DNA of 64,000 bases, taken from assembly GCA_964016885.1 (NCBI GenBank), contig OZ024740.1:385330001-385394000 (forward strand), written 5' to 3'. How positions within the stretch are numbered: the first letter of the stretch is position 1; each line of letters begins with the position of its first letter. Positions 1 to 15,550 of the stretch are shown piece by piece. The translations under genes and the position numbers were made by a program. Source of the DNA: Eledone cirrhosa. Lineage: Eukaryota. The notes under the pieces were generated by a model. It was given only the letters and a program-made list of their open reading frames with translations, searched no databases and was not told where the DNA came from.

Positions 1-134
1 GCTCTCTTTCTCTTTCTCTCTACGTATGTATATATATATGTATATGTGTATGTATATATATATATATGTGTGTGTGTGTATATGTGAGTATGTATGTATG
101 TATATATATATGTGTGAGTATCTATATGTGTATA

Positions 135-189
<55 letters not shown>

Positions 190-240
190 ACATGTGTGTG
201 TGTGTATATATATATATATATACACATATATATATGTATT
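1..240. repeat. (TA)n/(TG)n/(TATG)n compound microsatellite
   Basis: Direct reading; ORFs here are Y/I/M/V/C low-complexity artefacts. Confidence 0.95.
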
Positions 241-299
241 CAACTCAACCGGCCTAGCTCTCTAGAATTTCATACCAAAGTACATTAATACGGAAACAT

Positions 300-495
300 A
301 TCCCATACATTCTCCGGACAAATTTCAAGAAATTCCGGACAAACCCCCTGCACCCGGATATGTCTCTGAAAACAATAACTCTTTACTAAAGTGGAGCATG
401 ATGTCCAAAATATGACTAATGCGCAAAACTTGACCTAAAAGACTCCATCAGGTGGTGCTATTAAGTTAGACATGACCTGGGCCTAAGTTTAAATC
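300..495 (+). mobile_element. Decayed 3' end of CR1/L2-group LINE family C (same family as 24212-25521)
   Basis: Translates DKFQEIPDKPPAPGYVSENNNSLLKWSMMSKI*, matching [33 protein letters not shown] of ORF 24300..25523. Shares the 3'UTR motif CAGGTGGTGCTATTAAGTTAGACATG(A/G)CCTGGGCC. Confidence 0.85.
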
Positions 496-518
496 TATAT
501 TTTATGCATGTGTGTGTA

Positions 519-563
<45 letters not shown>

Positions 564-642
564 GTATATATGTATGTGTGTGTGAGTACATATGTATGTG
601 TACATGTGTGTGTATATATATATATCTGTATATATAAATACG

Positions 643-678
<36 letters not shown>

Positions 679-1075
679 TTCATCTCCGTGTGCTCTTTAT
701 CTTGTCTATTTCCATTTTCTCACTTTCTCTGTCTGCCTGCATGTCTGTCTTACTTTATCCAAGCTTCAATGGCTTCTAACACCACATCATAAACATCGTA
801 TGTCAAGGGAAACATCATATGCTAAATGAAAAATAAGATGGAAGAACTGAAACAAAGCCAAACAGAAAATAAAACCAAAGACCTGCCACAAAGGAAAAAA
901 AACCAGAAATACAAAATAGAAAATTCTAGTTAAAGTTATAGAACGTATAAAAAGTAAATTCCAGCAGCTGTGTATATATATATATATATGTATAATGTGT
1001 TTGTGTATATATATAATATATATATATATATATAATGTGTGTGTGTGTATATATATATATAATGTGTGTGTGTGC

Positions 1076-1115
<40 letters not shown>

Positions 1116-2051
1116 GTGTGTGTGTGTGTGTTAGGGATTTTTCCTTAATGCTGCTAGCTACCGTTAGCTTTTATTGAATACTTTATCATTCAGAGCAAAT
1201 TATATACTTTCACACATTTACCCTAATTATTCTAGTAACGATCTCCTCCTCCGCTACGAGATAGGAGGAGTGTGTGGCACATTAAAAAAAGCATAAAAAA
1301 GATATGAAGTTGTTGACATTTTCATGTGGATTAATTTATAACTTGAAATAAATGGTTGCATGCTCTCCTCTGAACTGCCAGTGCTTTCCCTGTCATCAGT
1401 GCCTTCATATTTCCAGAAATGGATATGTAGGTTATCAGGGAAAATGAGGGGAAGAAGATCAGATTCCATGATTTATACTGAAACCCTTTGGTAATTAATC
1501 TATAGCAGAACAGGTTGAAGACAAATTATCTTTATCTCTCCTTCCCATTTATCCCTCTTTTTCTCCTTCAGTCAATCTTTATCCCTCTATCTTGTCTTTT
1601 TTCTTATTCTTTGTTAAATACTGTATATTTTTGTCTTTGCGTGTGTGTGTGTGTGTGTATGTATGTATGTTTGTGTGTGTATATATGCATGCGTGTGTGT
1701 GTGTTTATGTATGTATGTGCATGTCTATGTTTCCAGTCAAATCAAATGGAAAATCTTAAATGTTTTGCAAATATTCACAGATTGGATCTGAAGAATGTGA
1801 AACATTCTTTTCTTGAGAGTTCTGAGTTTCAATGTAGATCATTTGTTACATCGCCTAAATACACAAATGATGATGATGATGATCAGTATTAACAAGCACT
1901 TATAGTCAGTAACTTGGTTTTACCAAGTAGTTCACCACAGACGATCTCCTCTGCAAAGTTTAGATGAGACAAACATCTATTGGACAAGCTGACCTCAATG
2001 ACGTTACATGAGATTATTTCTTGTTCATATATGTATAACTATTTATATGTA

Positions 2052-2210
2052 TAGGTGCTGGTATGACTTTGTAGTTAAGGAGCTGGTTTTTCAACAAGTT
2101 GGTTTGGAGTTCAGGCCTACTGCGTGACACTTTCAGAAAGTATTTACTACTATAGCCTTGGTTTCAGTAATGACCTGTGTATGGAATTTGGTAGATGAAA
2201 ACTGTGACAT
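2052..2210 (+). mobile_element. Decayed tRNA-headed SINE (octopus-type)
   Basis: A/B-box-like head (TGTAGTTAAG...GGAGTTCAGGCC) then CTACTATAGCCTTGG...GAATTTGGTAGATGAAAACTG. A related minus-strand copy lies at about 30380-30520. Family assignment is from memory of octopus SINE consensus. Confidence 0.6.
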
Positions 2211-2230
2211 GTATGTATATATATATATAT

Positions 2231-2689
2231 ATCAGAGTTTTTCTTCTAGAATTCTGCCTTGACAAAGGCTAAGGGTCATCTCTCCCGGTGATTTTGGATG
2301 GCCATTGACTCTTAAGAGGTCCTTTGCCCTTTGACAGGTTTTGTTTTTAGTCCTGCAACCCTGGTGGTATTCAATAATGTTGACTTGTTCTTCATTTTGG
2401 TAAATATCATCTTGGTTAAGAGAGTGGGACTGGCTTTGTGCAGTGCCTTTGCTCACTATAAAAGCTTCACGGCACAGGCATTGCTTTATATCTGGAGATC
2501 TCTCTGCACTTGTCGTCACATGGTACCATGGGCCCAGCACTATGTGTCAATAATTGTCACAAGTGTAGTGTTTGTACCAGAGTTTTCAAGTCGCTGGCTG
2601 GACTAAAAAGTCACACTTGTTCAGCGCATCGGTAGTGGTTCTCCTACATGGATATAAAGTAGTGGCCGTACTCGAAAACGAGTTGGCAG

Positions 2690-2693
<4 letters not shown>
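2231..2693 (+). mobile_element. Non-autonomous RTE-type element (family N), copy 1, with inverted 5' segment
   Basis: 2231-2357 is the reverse complement of about 16788-16920; 2352-2693 is colinear with the other copies; CCTGCA microhomology at the junction. Confidence 0.9.
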
Positions 2694-2734
<41 letters not shown>

Positions 2735-2791
2735 TTGTGTGTATGTATGTATATATATATATATATACACACACACTTGTGTGTATGTATG

Positions 2792-2824
<33 letters not shown>

Positions 2825-3007
2825 TTGTGTGTATGTATGTATGTATGTATGTATGTATATAAGTATATATATATACATATATACATACACCTTTTCTATT
2901 TCCAATAAGTATGAAACCAATAAGATTTTGTGTAATTGTATCTCTGTGTTCGTCTGTTTTTAATCTTGAACTATATATATAGTTTTTAATCTTGAACTAT
3001 ATATATA

Positions 3008-4017
3008 GTCCAGCCACACCACAGTCATGTCTCTGCGATTCTTTGTTGTTTTTTCTTGAATCATTTTATTAGTTCGTAGGTGATCTATGCAACCCCACAC
3101 CTCCCTCTTTCCACCAGATTGCTCAGGTGTTATGATGTCGTTGGTAGCACAGTGATCCTGTAAGAACAGGTTAAGGCACCCAGTATATAATTTATACTTG
3201 ATGTTTTGGCAGGCTATTGGGCGGTAATTTTTAGCAAGGGTGGTTTGCTATTTTGGGGAATAAGGAGAGTAGTGGCAGTTGATAACCATCTGGGCAGTTC
3301 TTGTGTGCCCTTAATGGTTTCTGTAAACAGCCGTATGAGATCTTGCCGATAGAAAGTAAAATTCTTCAACCAGTATCATGTAATGAGGTCTGGGCCTGGT
3401 GATTTCCTATTCGATATTTTTGTAGAGCTGTTTCCAGTATTGACCCATCTATGTCATATTGTTTTGTCTGGACATGTTGGCAGTAGTTTGTCTGTTGAAT
3501 TCGTCATCCGTTTCCCATACAGATCTCCAGTAGTTCTCAACCTGTTCTTTTGAAGGGATGTCATTTACAGGGATTGAGCTTTTGCCACCGAAGCTGCGAT
3601 AAGCTGATTTAGGATCTCTGGCAAACAATCTATTTAGCACTTGTCGTTTATGTGCTGTTGACTTATATTTTAGGCTTTCTGTTGTAGCTGTGAGTTGTTT
3701 CAACTGGTGTAATTTGGAGTTCAAAGTTTTAAATTTTGTATTTCCAAATCGTCTCTCTAACTTTTTTTTTTAGGTCTTCCTGGTGTCGTGTGAAGTTGCA
3801 CTCTATGTTGCATTTCATAACGACTGCGATGTGTGAGATACTTCGTCTCAGGGACAAAATTTTGCTTTTTAAATTTCGCATCCACGCTGGTTCAGGCTTT
3901 TTGTTTGTATCTTGATTGCGTGGTTTTAGATGTGTGTTATATGATAGCAATGTGACAGCTGAAACATATAACAAAATATTAAGCGTTTCAAATGTCGTTT
4001 CTACACCTTTAGATCGT
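3008..4017 (-). pseudogene. R4/Dong-clade non-LTR retrotransposon ORF fragment (pre-RT region to RT domains 0-3), frameshifted
   Basis: PEPAWMRNL, NRLFARDPKSAYRSF, EQVENYWRSVWE, KSPGPD, KNYRPIACQN, EQSGGKRGVWGCIDHL, VVWLDY: motif order typical of R4/Dong RTs. Confidence 0.8.
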
Positions 4018-4391
4018 ATATATATGTGTGATTATGTATGAATATATATATATATGTGTATGTATGTATATGTGTGTGTATGTATGAATATATATATGTG
4101 TGTGTATGTATGAATATATATATTTGTATGTATGTGTGTGTATGTATGAATATATATATTTGTATGTATGTGTGTGTATGTATGAATATATATATTTGTA
4201 TGTATGTGTGTGTATGTATGAATATATATATTTGTATGTATGTATATGTGTGTGTATGTATGTATATATGTGTGTATATATGAATATATATGTATGTATG
4301 TATGTATGACTGTATGTATGAATATATATATTTGTATGTATGTATATGTGTATGTATGAATATATATATGTTTGTATGTATATATATATAT

Positions 4392-4925
4392 GAAGCTACA
4401 CCAAGAGGATTGCCAAGATGAGGGAGACAAGCTACTGGGAGAGGCTGAAGGAACTGAACCTCTACTCCTTGGAGCGAAGACGGGAGAGATACGCAGTGAT
4501 CTACATGTGGAAAATCCTGGAGGGACTAGCACCAAACTTTGGCATTGGGAGCTGGACCAACCGTCGAACAAGACGTCACTGTGTGGTGCCAAAGGTCCCG
4601 TCTTCCACATCTAGAATAAGGAGCAGGTATTGCAATAGCCTGGGATTCAAGGGCCCTCAACTCTTCAACAGGCTGCCGAGGCATCTGCGAGACTTGCATG
4701 ACGTGGAGGTGGATGTCTTTAAGAAACATCTCGACACCTTGTTATACAGGATCCCGGATGAGCCCACAGCAAGACACGAGGGAAACCTAAGGGCAGCAGC
4801 AACAAACTCCCTCCTACACCAGTGGCCAACCTATACAGGCTGAAGATAAAATGTGTAGCAACAAGTGCGGTGCCCCAGCATGGCCTCAGCCGGATGGCTG
4901 AAACAGGTAAAAGAGTAAAAGAGTA
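4392..4925 (+). mobile_element. CR1/L2-group LINE family A, 5'-truncated copy 1
   Basis: ORF 4418..4843 LYSLERRRERY...GPQLFNRLP...IPDEP; 3' end GCGGTGCCCCAGCATGGCCTCAGCCGGATGGCTGAAACAGG(TAAAAGAG)2. Confidence 0.9.
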
Positions 4926-5844
4926 TATGTATGAATGTGTATGTTAGTATGTATGTATATGTGAATGTATGTATATATATATATGTATATGTGTATGTAT
5001 GTATATATATATGTATATGTGTATGTATGTATGTATGTATATATATATGTATGTATATGTATGTATGTATATATATATGTATGTGTATGTATGTATGTAT
5101 ATATATATGTATGTGTATGTATGTATGTATATATATATGTATGTGTATGTATGTATGTATATATATATGTATGTGTATGTATGTATGTATATATATATGT
5201 ATGTGTATGTATGTATGTATATATATATGTATGTGTATGTATGTATGTATATATATATGTATGTGTATGTATGTATGTATATATATATGTATGTGTATGT
5301 ATGTATGTATATATATATGTATGTGTATGTATGTATGTATATATATATATGTATGTATATGTGTATGTATATATATATATGTATGTATATGTGTATGTAT
5401 GTATATATATATGTATGTATATGTGTATGTATGTATATGTGTATGTATGTATATGTGTGTGTATGTATGTATATATATATGTATATGTGTGTGTATGTAT
5501 GTATATATATATGTATGTATATGTGTATGTATGTATATGTGTATGTATGTATATATATATATGTATGTATATATATATATATGTATATGTGTATGTATGT
5601 ATATATATATGTATGTATATGTGTATGTATGTATATGTGTATGTATGTATATGTGTATGTATGTATGTGTATATGTATATGTGTATATGTGTATGTATAT
5701 GTGTATGTATGTATATATATATGTATGTATATGTGTACGTATGTATATGTGTATGTATAAATGTATGTATATGTGTACGTATGTATATGTGTATGTATGT
5801 ATAAATGTATGTATATGTGTATGTATGTATATGTGTATGTATGT

Positions 5845-5875
<31 letters not shown>

Positions 5876-6067
5876 TATGTATGTATGTATGTATATGTAT
5901 GTATGTATGTATGTATGTATATGTATGTATGTATGTGTATGTATGTATGTGTATGTATGTATGTATGTATATGTATGTATATATATGTATGTATGTATAT
6001 ATATATGTATGTGTATGTATATGTATGTATATATATGTATGTATGTATGTATGTATATGTATGTATG

Positions 6068-6240
<173 letters not shown>

Positions 6241-6276
6241 GTATATATATATGTATGTATATATATATATGTATGT

Positions 6277-6308
<32 letters not shown>

Positions 6309-6479
6309 GTATGTATGTATATGTATGTATGTATGTATATATATGTATGTATGTATATATATGTATGTATGTATATGTATGTATGTATGTATATGTATGT
6401 ATATGTATGTATATATATATATATGTATGTATATATATATATGTATGTATATATATATATGTATGTATATATATATATG

Positions 6480-6698
<219 letters not shown>

Positions 6699-6865
6699 GT
6701 ATATATATGTATGTATGTATGTATATATATGTATGTATGTATATATATGTATGTATGTATATGTATGTATATATATATATGTATGTATGTATATGTATGT
6801 ATGTATGTATATGTATGTATGTATGTATATATATGTATGTATGTATATATATATGTATGTATGTA

Positions 6866-6898
<33 letters not shown>

Positions 6899-7051
6899 AT
6901 ATGTATGTATGTATGTATATATATATGTATGTATGTATGTATATATGTATGTATGTATATATGTATGTATGTATATATGTATGTATGTATATATGTATGT
7001 ATGTATATATATGTATGTATGTATATATATATATATGTATATATATGTATG

Positions 7052-7104
<53 letters not shown>

Positions 7105-7301
7105 GTATATATATGTATGTATGTATATATATGTATGTATGTATATGTATGTATGTATGTATATATATGTATGTATGTATGTATATGTATGTATGTATGT
7201 ATATGTATGTATGTATATATATGTATGTATGTATATGTATGTATGTATGTATATATATGTATGTATGTATATATATGTATGTGTATGTATGTATATATAT
7301 G

Positions 7302-7340
<39 letters not shown>

Positions 7341-7660
7341 GTATATATATATATATGTATATGTATGTATGTATGTATGTATATATATATATATGTATAT
7401 ATATGTATGTATGTATATATATGTATGTATGTATATGTATATATATGTATGTATGTATGTGTATATATATGTATGTATGTATGTGTATATATATATATGT
7501 GTATATATATGTATGTATGTATGTGTATATATATATATATGTATATGTATGTATAAGTATGTATGTATATATATATATATATGTATATGTATGTATAAGT
7601 ATGTATGTATATATATATATATATGTATATGTATGTATAAGTATGTATGTATATATATAT

Positions 7661-8455
7661 ATATGATGATAAGGGCGCTGCGGAGTTGCAAATGGGTTAC
7701 ATATGAAAAAAGTTTGTCCTTCATCAGTGATCGTCCAACTATCATAGGCATTTCATCGCATTAAAACCATATACCTCCGGTTGGTGCGAGCAACGGCTAA
7801 AAAAAGTCGTTGGGACACGTAAATAAAGGGGACGCGAGGGTAAACAAACAAAATGGTGAAGCAACAGAAAGTGAGGAAGAAGGAGACAAGTCCCAGATTT
7901 CTATGAATTTAAGTTCGGTGAAATCGTGAACGAGAGAATAAAGACCATCAAACCTGGTTGAAATGTGAGCAAGGAAGGAATTTCGCACAGGTCTAACGGG
8001 AGGAAAAAGGGGTCTGGTCTGCGAATTCGGTAAACATAAGTTCTGTGAAATCGTAGACGAGAGAGAAAAAAATTCCGACCAGCTTGGCCGAGAATGTGAG
8101 AGAAAAGGATTACTCACAGGTCAAACGGGAAGAAAGAGGAGGAGGAGAGGTAGTGACAGAGAATGAGTGAGTGAAGGGGGAGGAAGAGGCTAACAGAGAG
8201 AGAGACTGCTAGAAAGGGTAAAGATACATAGAACGAAAAAGACGGTGTAGCAGCAGAGGAAAAAATATGTGTAAATATGATAATAAGGGCGCTGCGGAGT
8301 TGCAAATGGGTTACATGTGAAAAAAGTTTGTTCTTCATCAGTGATCTTCCAACTATCATAGGCATTTCATCGCTTTAAAGACCATATACCTCCGGTTGGT
8401 GCGAGCAACGGCTAAAAAAAGTCGTTGGGACACGTAAATAAAGGGACGCGAGGGT
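7661..8455 (-). mobile_element. ORF-less element with about 180-bp terminal direct repeats (614-bp monomer plus partial tandem); Penelope/retrozyme-like candidate
   Basis: 7661-7841 and 8275-8455 are near-identical. Each carries minus-strand GAAAtgccTA and CTGATGA motifs. Strand is inferred from those motifs. Confidence 0.65.
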
Positions 8456-8501
8456 TGTATATGTGTATGTATGTATATATTTATATATATGTGTATGTAT
8501 G

Positions 8502-8538
<37 letters not shown>

Positions 8539-8541
8539 ATG

Positions 8542-8578
<37 letters not shown>

Positions 8579-8581
8579 ATG

Positions 8582-8622
<41 letters not shown>

Positions 8623-8629
8623 ATGTATG

Positions 8630-8660
<31 letters not shown>

Positions 8661-8677
8661 ATATATATATATATATG

Positions 8678-8712
<35 letters not shown>

Positions 8713-8716
8713 ATGT

Positions 8717-8747
<31 letters not shown>

Positions 8748-8752
8748 TATGT

Positions 8753-8783
<31 letters not shown>

Positions 8784-9101
8784 TATGTATGTATATATAT
8801 ATATATATATGTGTATGTATGTTTATATATATATATATGTATGTTTATATATATATATATATATGTGTATGTATGTATATATGTGTATGTATGTATATAT
8901 ATGTGTATGTATGTTTATATATATATATATGTATGTTTATATATATATATATATATATGTGTATGTATGTATATATATATGTATGTATGTATGTATATAT
9001 ATATGTGTATGTATGTATATATATATGTATGTATGTATGTATATATATATATATATATATGTATGTATATATATATATATATATATGTATGTATATATAT
9101 T

Positions 9102-9134
<33 letters not shown>

Positions 9135-9470
9135 GTGTATGTATGTATGTATATATATATATATGTGTATGTATGTATATATATATATGTGTATGTATGT
9201 ATATATATATATGTGTATGTATGTATATATATATATGTGTATGTATGTATATATATATATGTGTATGTATGTATATATATATATATGTGTATGTATATAT
9301 ATATATGTGTATGTATGTATATATATATATATGTGTATGTATGTATATATATATATATGTGTATGTATGTATATATATATATATGTGTATGTATGTATAT
9401 ATATATATATATGTATGTATGTATATATATATATATGTGTATGTATGTATATATATATATATGTGAGATG

Positions 9471-9882
9471 ACCGGGAGGGATGACCCCTTAGCCTTTGTC
9501 AAGGCAGAATTCTAGGAGAAGGAAAACTCTGATATAACACCTGCAACCCTGATGGTATCCAATGATGTTGAATTGTTCTTCTTTTTGGTAAATATCATCT
9601 TGGTTAAGAGAGTGGGACTGGCTTTGTGCAGTGCCTTTGCTCACTATAAAAGCTTCACAGCACAGGCATTGCTTTATATCTGGAGATCTCTCTGCACTTG
9701 TCGTCACATGGTACCATGGGCCCAGCACTATGTGTCAATAATTGTCACAAGTGTAGTGTTTGTACCAGAGTTTTCAAGTCGCTGGCTGGACTAAAAAGTC
9801 ACACTCGTTCAGCGCATTGGTAGGGGTTCTCCTACATAGATATAAAGTAGTGGCCGTACTCGAAAACGAGTTGGCAGCCACC
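9471..9882 (+). mobile_element. Family N element copy 2 (5'-truncated)
   Basis: Near-identical to 16857-17268; contains CTAGGAGAAGGAAAACTCTGA; ends GAGTTGGCAGCCACC. Confidence 0.92.
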
Positions 9883-11887
9883 ATATGTGTATGTATGTAT
9901 ATATATATATATGTGTATGTATGTATATATATATATATGTGTATGTATGTATGTATATATATATATATGTGTATGTATGTATATATATATATATATATGT
10001 GTATGTATGTATATATATATATATATATGTGTATGTATGTATATATATATATATATATGTGTATGTATGTATATATATATATATATATGTGTATGTATGT
10101 ATATATATATATATATATGTGTATGTATGTATATATATATATATATGTGTATGTATGTATATATATATATGTGTATGTATGCATATATATATATATATGT
10201 GTATGTGTGTATGTATGTATATATATATATATGTGTGTATGTATGTATGTATATATATGTATGTGTATGTATATATATGTATATATATGTATGTATGTAT
10301 ATGTGTATGTATGTATATGTATATATATATGTATGTGTATGTATATATATGTATATATATGTATGTGTATGTATGTATATGTATATATATATGTGTATGT
10401 ATATGTATATATATGTGTATGTATATATATATGTATGTGTATGAATGTATGTTTGTGTATGTATGTATATGTATATATATATGTGTATGTATATGTATAT
10501 ATGTGTATGTATATGTATATATATGTGTATGTATATATATATATATATGTATGTGTATGAATGTATGTTTGTGTATGTATGTATATGTATATGTATATAT
10601 GTGTATGTATATGTATATATGTGTATGTATATGTATATATATGTGTATGTATATATATATATATATGTATGTGTATGTATGTATGTATGTGTATGTATGT
10701 GTATGTATGTGTATGTATGTATGTATATATATATATATATGTATGTGTATGTATGCATATATATATATATATGTATGTGTATGTATGTATGTATATATAT
10801 ATGTATGCATGTATATATATATATGTGTATGTATGTATGTATGTATATATATATATGTGTATGTATGTATATATATATATGTGTATGTATGTATGTATAT
10901 ATATATATATGTATGTATGTATATATATATATGTGTATGTATGCATGTATATATATATATGTGTATGTATGTATATATATATATATGTGTATGTATGTAT
11001 ATATATATATATGTGTATGTATGTATGTATATATATATATATGTATGTATGTATATATATATATGTGTATGTATATATATATATATGTGTATGTATGTAT
11101 GTATATATATATATATGTGTATGTATGTATGTATATATATATATATGTGTATGTATGTATGTATATACATATATTTGTATGTATGTATGTATGTATATAT
11201 ATATATGTGTATGTATGTATGTATGTATGTATGTATGTATGTATATATATATATGTATGTATATATATATATGTATGTATATATATATATGTGTATGTAT
11301 GTATGCATGTGTATGTATGTATATATATATATATGTATATGTATGTATATATATATATATGTATGTGTATGTATGTATGTATATATATATATGTGTATGT
11401 ATGTATGTATGTATATATATATATATGTGTATGTATATATATATATATGTGTATGTATATATATATATGTGTATGTATGTATGTATGTATATATATATAT
11501 ATGTGTATGTATATATATATATATGTGTATGTATGTATGTATATATGTATGTGTATGTATGTATGTATATATGTATGTGTATGTATGTATGTATATATGT
11601 ATGTGTATGTATGTATATATATATATGTGTATGTATATATATATTTATATGTATGTGTATGTATGTATATATATATATATGTATGTGTATGTATGTATAT
11701 ATATGTGTGTATGTATGTATATATATGTGTGTGTATGTATGTATATATATATATGTATGTGTATGTATGTATATATGTATGTGTATGTATGTATATATGT
11801 ATGTATGTATGTGTATGTATGTATATATGTGTGTATGTATGTATATATGTATGTATGTATGTATATATATGTGTATGAGTATGTATG

Positions 11888-11918
<31 letters not shown>

Positions 11919-11943
11919 GTATGTGTATGTATGTATGTATATA

Positions 11944-11979
<36 letters not shown>

Positions 11980-11980
<1 letters not shown>

Positions 11981-12385
11981 GAGATGACCCCTTAGCCTTT
12001 GTCAAGGCAGAATTCTAGGAGAAGGAAAACTCTGATAGAACACCTGCAACCTTGATGGTATCCAATGATGTTGACTTGTTCTTCTTTTTGGTAAATATCA
12101 TCTTGGTTAAGAGAGTGGGACTGGCTTTGTGCAGTGCCTTTGCTCACTATAAAAGCTTCACGGCACAGGCATTGGTTTATATCTGGAGATCTCTCTGCAC
12201 TTGTCATCACAGGGTACAATGGGCCCAGCACTATGTGTCAATAGTTGTCACAAGTGTAGTGTTTGTACCAGAGTTTTCAAGTCGCTGGCTGGACTAAAAA
12301 GTCACACTCTTTCAGCGCATCAGTAGGGGTCCTCCTACATGGATATAAAGTAGTGGCCATACTCGAAAACGAGTTGGCAGCCACC
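11980..12385 (+). mobile_element. Family N element copy 3 (5'-truncated)
   Basis: Same sequence, begins AGAGATGACCCCTTAGCC. Confidence 0.92.
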
Positions 12386-12783
12386 ATGTATGTATGTATA
12401 TATGTATGTGTATGTATGTATGTATGTATATATATATGTGTATGTATGCATATGTATGTGTATGTATGTATATATATATGTATGTGTATGTATGTATATA
12501 TATATGTATTTTATGTATATATATATGTATGTATGTGTATGTATGTATATATATATGTATGTGTATGTATGTATATATATATGTATGTGTATGTATGTAT
12601 ATATATATGTATGTGTATGTATGTATATATATATATGTATGTATATATATATGTATGTGTATGTATGTATATGTATGTGTATGTATGTATATATATATGT
12701 GTATGTATGTATGTATGAATATATATATATATGTATGAATATATATATATATGTATGTATATGTGTATGTATGTATGTATGTA

Positions 12784-12830
<47 letters not shown>

Positions 12831-12859
12831 ATGTGTATGTATGAATGTGTGTATGTATT

Positions 12860-13881
12860 GGTGCATGCAACAACATCCCTCACTAGCTATGCTGATGACA
12901 CTAAGGTAGCACAGGCAATCAAAAACCCGGCTGACGCTGCCCTCTTACAGCAGGATCTGGATGCCATATACAGATGGGCGGAAGAAAACAACATGCAGTT
13001 TAATGCTGGCAAATTCCAAGCCCTACAATACAAACCTGCAAACACAAACACAAATATAGCGGAACACAGCTACACAGGACCAGGAGGGACCGATATCCCC
13101 GTGTCAAAATCGATACGAGACCTGGGCATAGACATGAGCGATGATGCATCTTTTTCTTCACACACCATGAAGGTGGCGACAGCATGTAGACGATTCGCTG
13201 GCTGGATCTTGAGAACTTTCCTTACAAGAGATCGAGACACCATGTTGACACTGTGGAGGACTTTTGTCCTAAGCCGCCTGGACTACTGCTCCCAGGTGTG
13301 GTCACCCCATAGTGTCAAACTAACCACGGAGCTTGAGGCAATCCAGCGAAGCTACACCAAGAGGATTGCCAAGATGAGGGAGACAAGCTACTGGGAGAGG
13401 CTGAAGGAACTGAACCTCTACTCCTTGGAGCGAAGACGGGAGAGATACACAGTGATCTACATGTGGAAAATCCAGGAGGGACTAGCACCAAACTTTGGCA
13501 TTGGGAGCTGGACCAACCGTCGAACAAGACGTCACTGTGTGGTGCCAAAGGTCCCGTCTTCCACATCTAGAATAAGGAGCAGGTATTGCAATAGCCTGGG
13601 ATTCAAGGGCCCTCAACTCTTCAACAGGCTGCCGAGGCATCTGCGAGACTTGCATGACGTGGAGGTGGATGTCTTTAAGAAACATCTCGACACCTTGTTA
13701 TCCAGGATCCCGGATGAGCCCACAGCAAGACACGAGGGAAACCTAAGGGCAGCAGCAACAAACTCCCTCCTACACCAGTGGCCAACCTATACAGGCTGGA
13801 GATAAAATGTGTAGCAACAAGGGCGGTGCCCCAGCATGGCCTCAGCCGGATGGCTGAAACAGGTAAAAGAGTAAAAGAGTA
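12860..13881 (+). mobile_element. CR1/L2-group LINE family A copy 2, open frame from the YADD motif to the stop
   Basis: SYADDTK, LQQDLDAIYRWAEENNMQFN, IRDLGI, SRLDYCSQVWSP; 3' part near-identical to 4392-4925. Confidence 0.93.
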
Positions 13882-13977
13882 TATGTATATATATGTATGT
13901 ATATATATATATATATATGTATGTGTATGTATATATATGTATGTATATATATATATATATATGTATGTGTATATATA

Positions 13978-14022
<45 letters not shown>

Positions 14023-14893
14023 ATATGTATATATATATGTGTGTTTATATATATATGTCTGTTTATATATATATATGTATGTGTATATATATATATATGT
14101 TTATATATATATGTATGTATATATATATATATACATATATATTTATATATGTATGTATATATATATGTATGTGTATGTATATATATATGTATGTGTATAT
14201 ATATATGTATGTGTATATATATATATATATATGTGTATATATATATATATATATGTACATGTATGTATATATATGTATATATATGTATATATATGTATAT
14301 GTATGTATATATATGTATATGTATGTATATATGTATATGTATGTAAATATATATATATATGTATATGTATGTATATATATATATATGTATGTATATATAT
14401 ATATATATATGTATGTATATATATATATGTATATGTATGTATATATATATGTATATGTATGTATATATATATGTATATGTATGTATATATATATGTATAT
14501 GTATGTATGTATATATATATGTATATGTATGTATGTATATATATATGTATATGTATGTATATATATATATATGTATATGTATGTATATATATATATATGT
14601 ATATGTATGTATATATATATATATGTATGTATATATATATATATGTATGTATATATATATATATATGTATGTATATATATATATGTATGTATATATATAT
14701 ATATGTATGTATATATATATATATGTATGTATATATATATATATGTATGTATATATATATATATGTATGTATATATATATATATGTATGTATATATATAT
14801 ATATATGTATGTGTATATATGTATGTGTATATATGTATGTATATATATATATATGTGTGTATATATATATATATGTGTGTATATATATATATA

Positions 14894-14976
<83 letters not shown>

Positions 14977-15269
14977 GTGTATATATATATATATGTGTAT
15001 ATATATGTGTATATATATATATATATGTATGTATATATATATATGTGGGTATATATATGTATGTATGTATATATATATATGTGGGTATATATATGTATGT
15101 ATATATATATATATGTATGTATATATATATATATATGTGTGTATATATATATGTATGTGTGTATATATATATGTATGTGTATATATATATATGTATGTGT
15201 GTATATATATATATGTGTGTATATATATATATGTGTGTATATATATATATGCGTGTATATATATATATG

Positions 15270-15400
<131 letters not shown>

Positions 15401-15500
15401 ATATATATATATATATGTATGTGTATATATATATATATATGTATGTGTATATATATATATATATGTATGTGTATATATATGTATATATGTATATATATAC

Positions 15501-15550
<50 letters not shown>

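Noticed and set aside
9489-9794. Recurrent 79-81 aa ORFs on both strands (MLGPWYHVTT..., MVSNDVDLFF...)
   Set aside because: They recur only because family N copies are near-identical; they are not preserved in the diverged N2 copy and show no recognisable domain.
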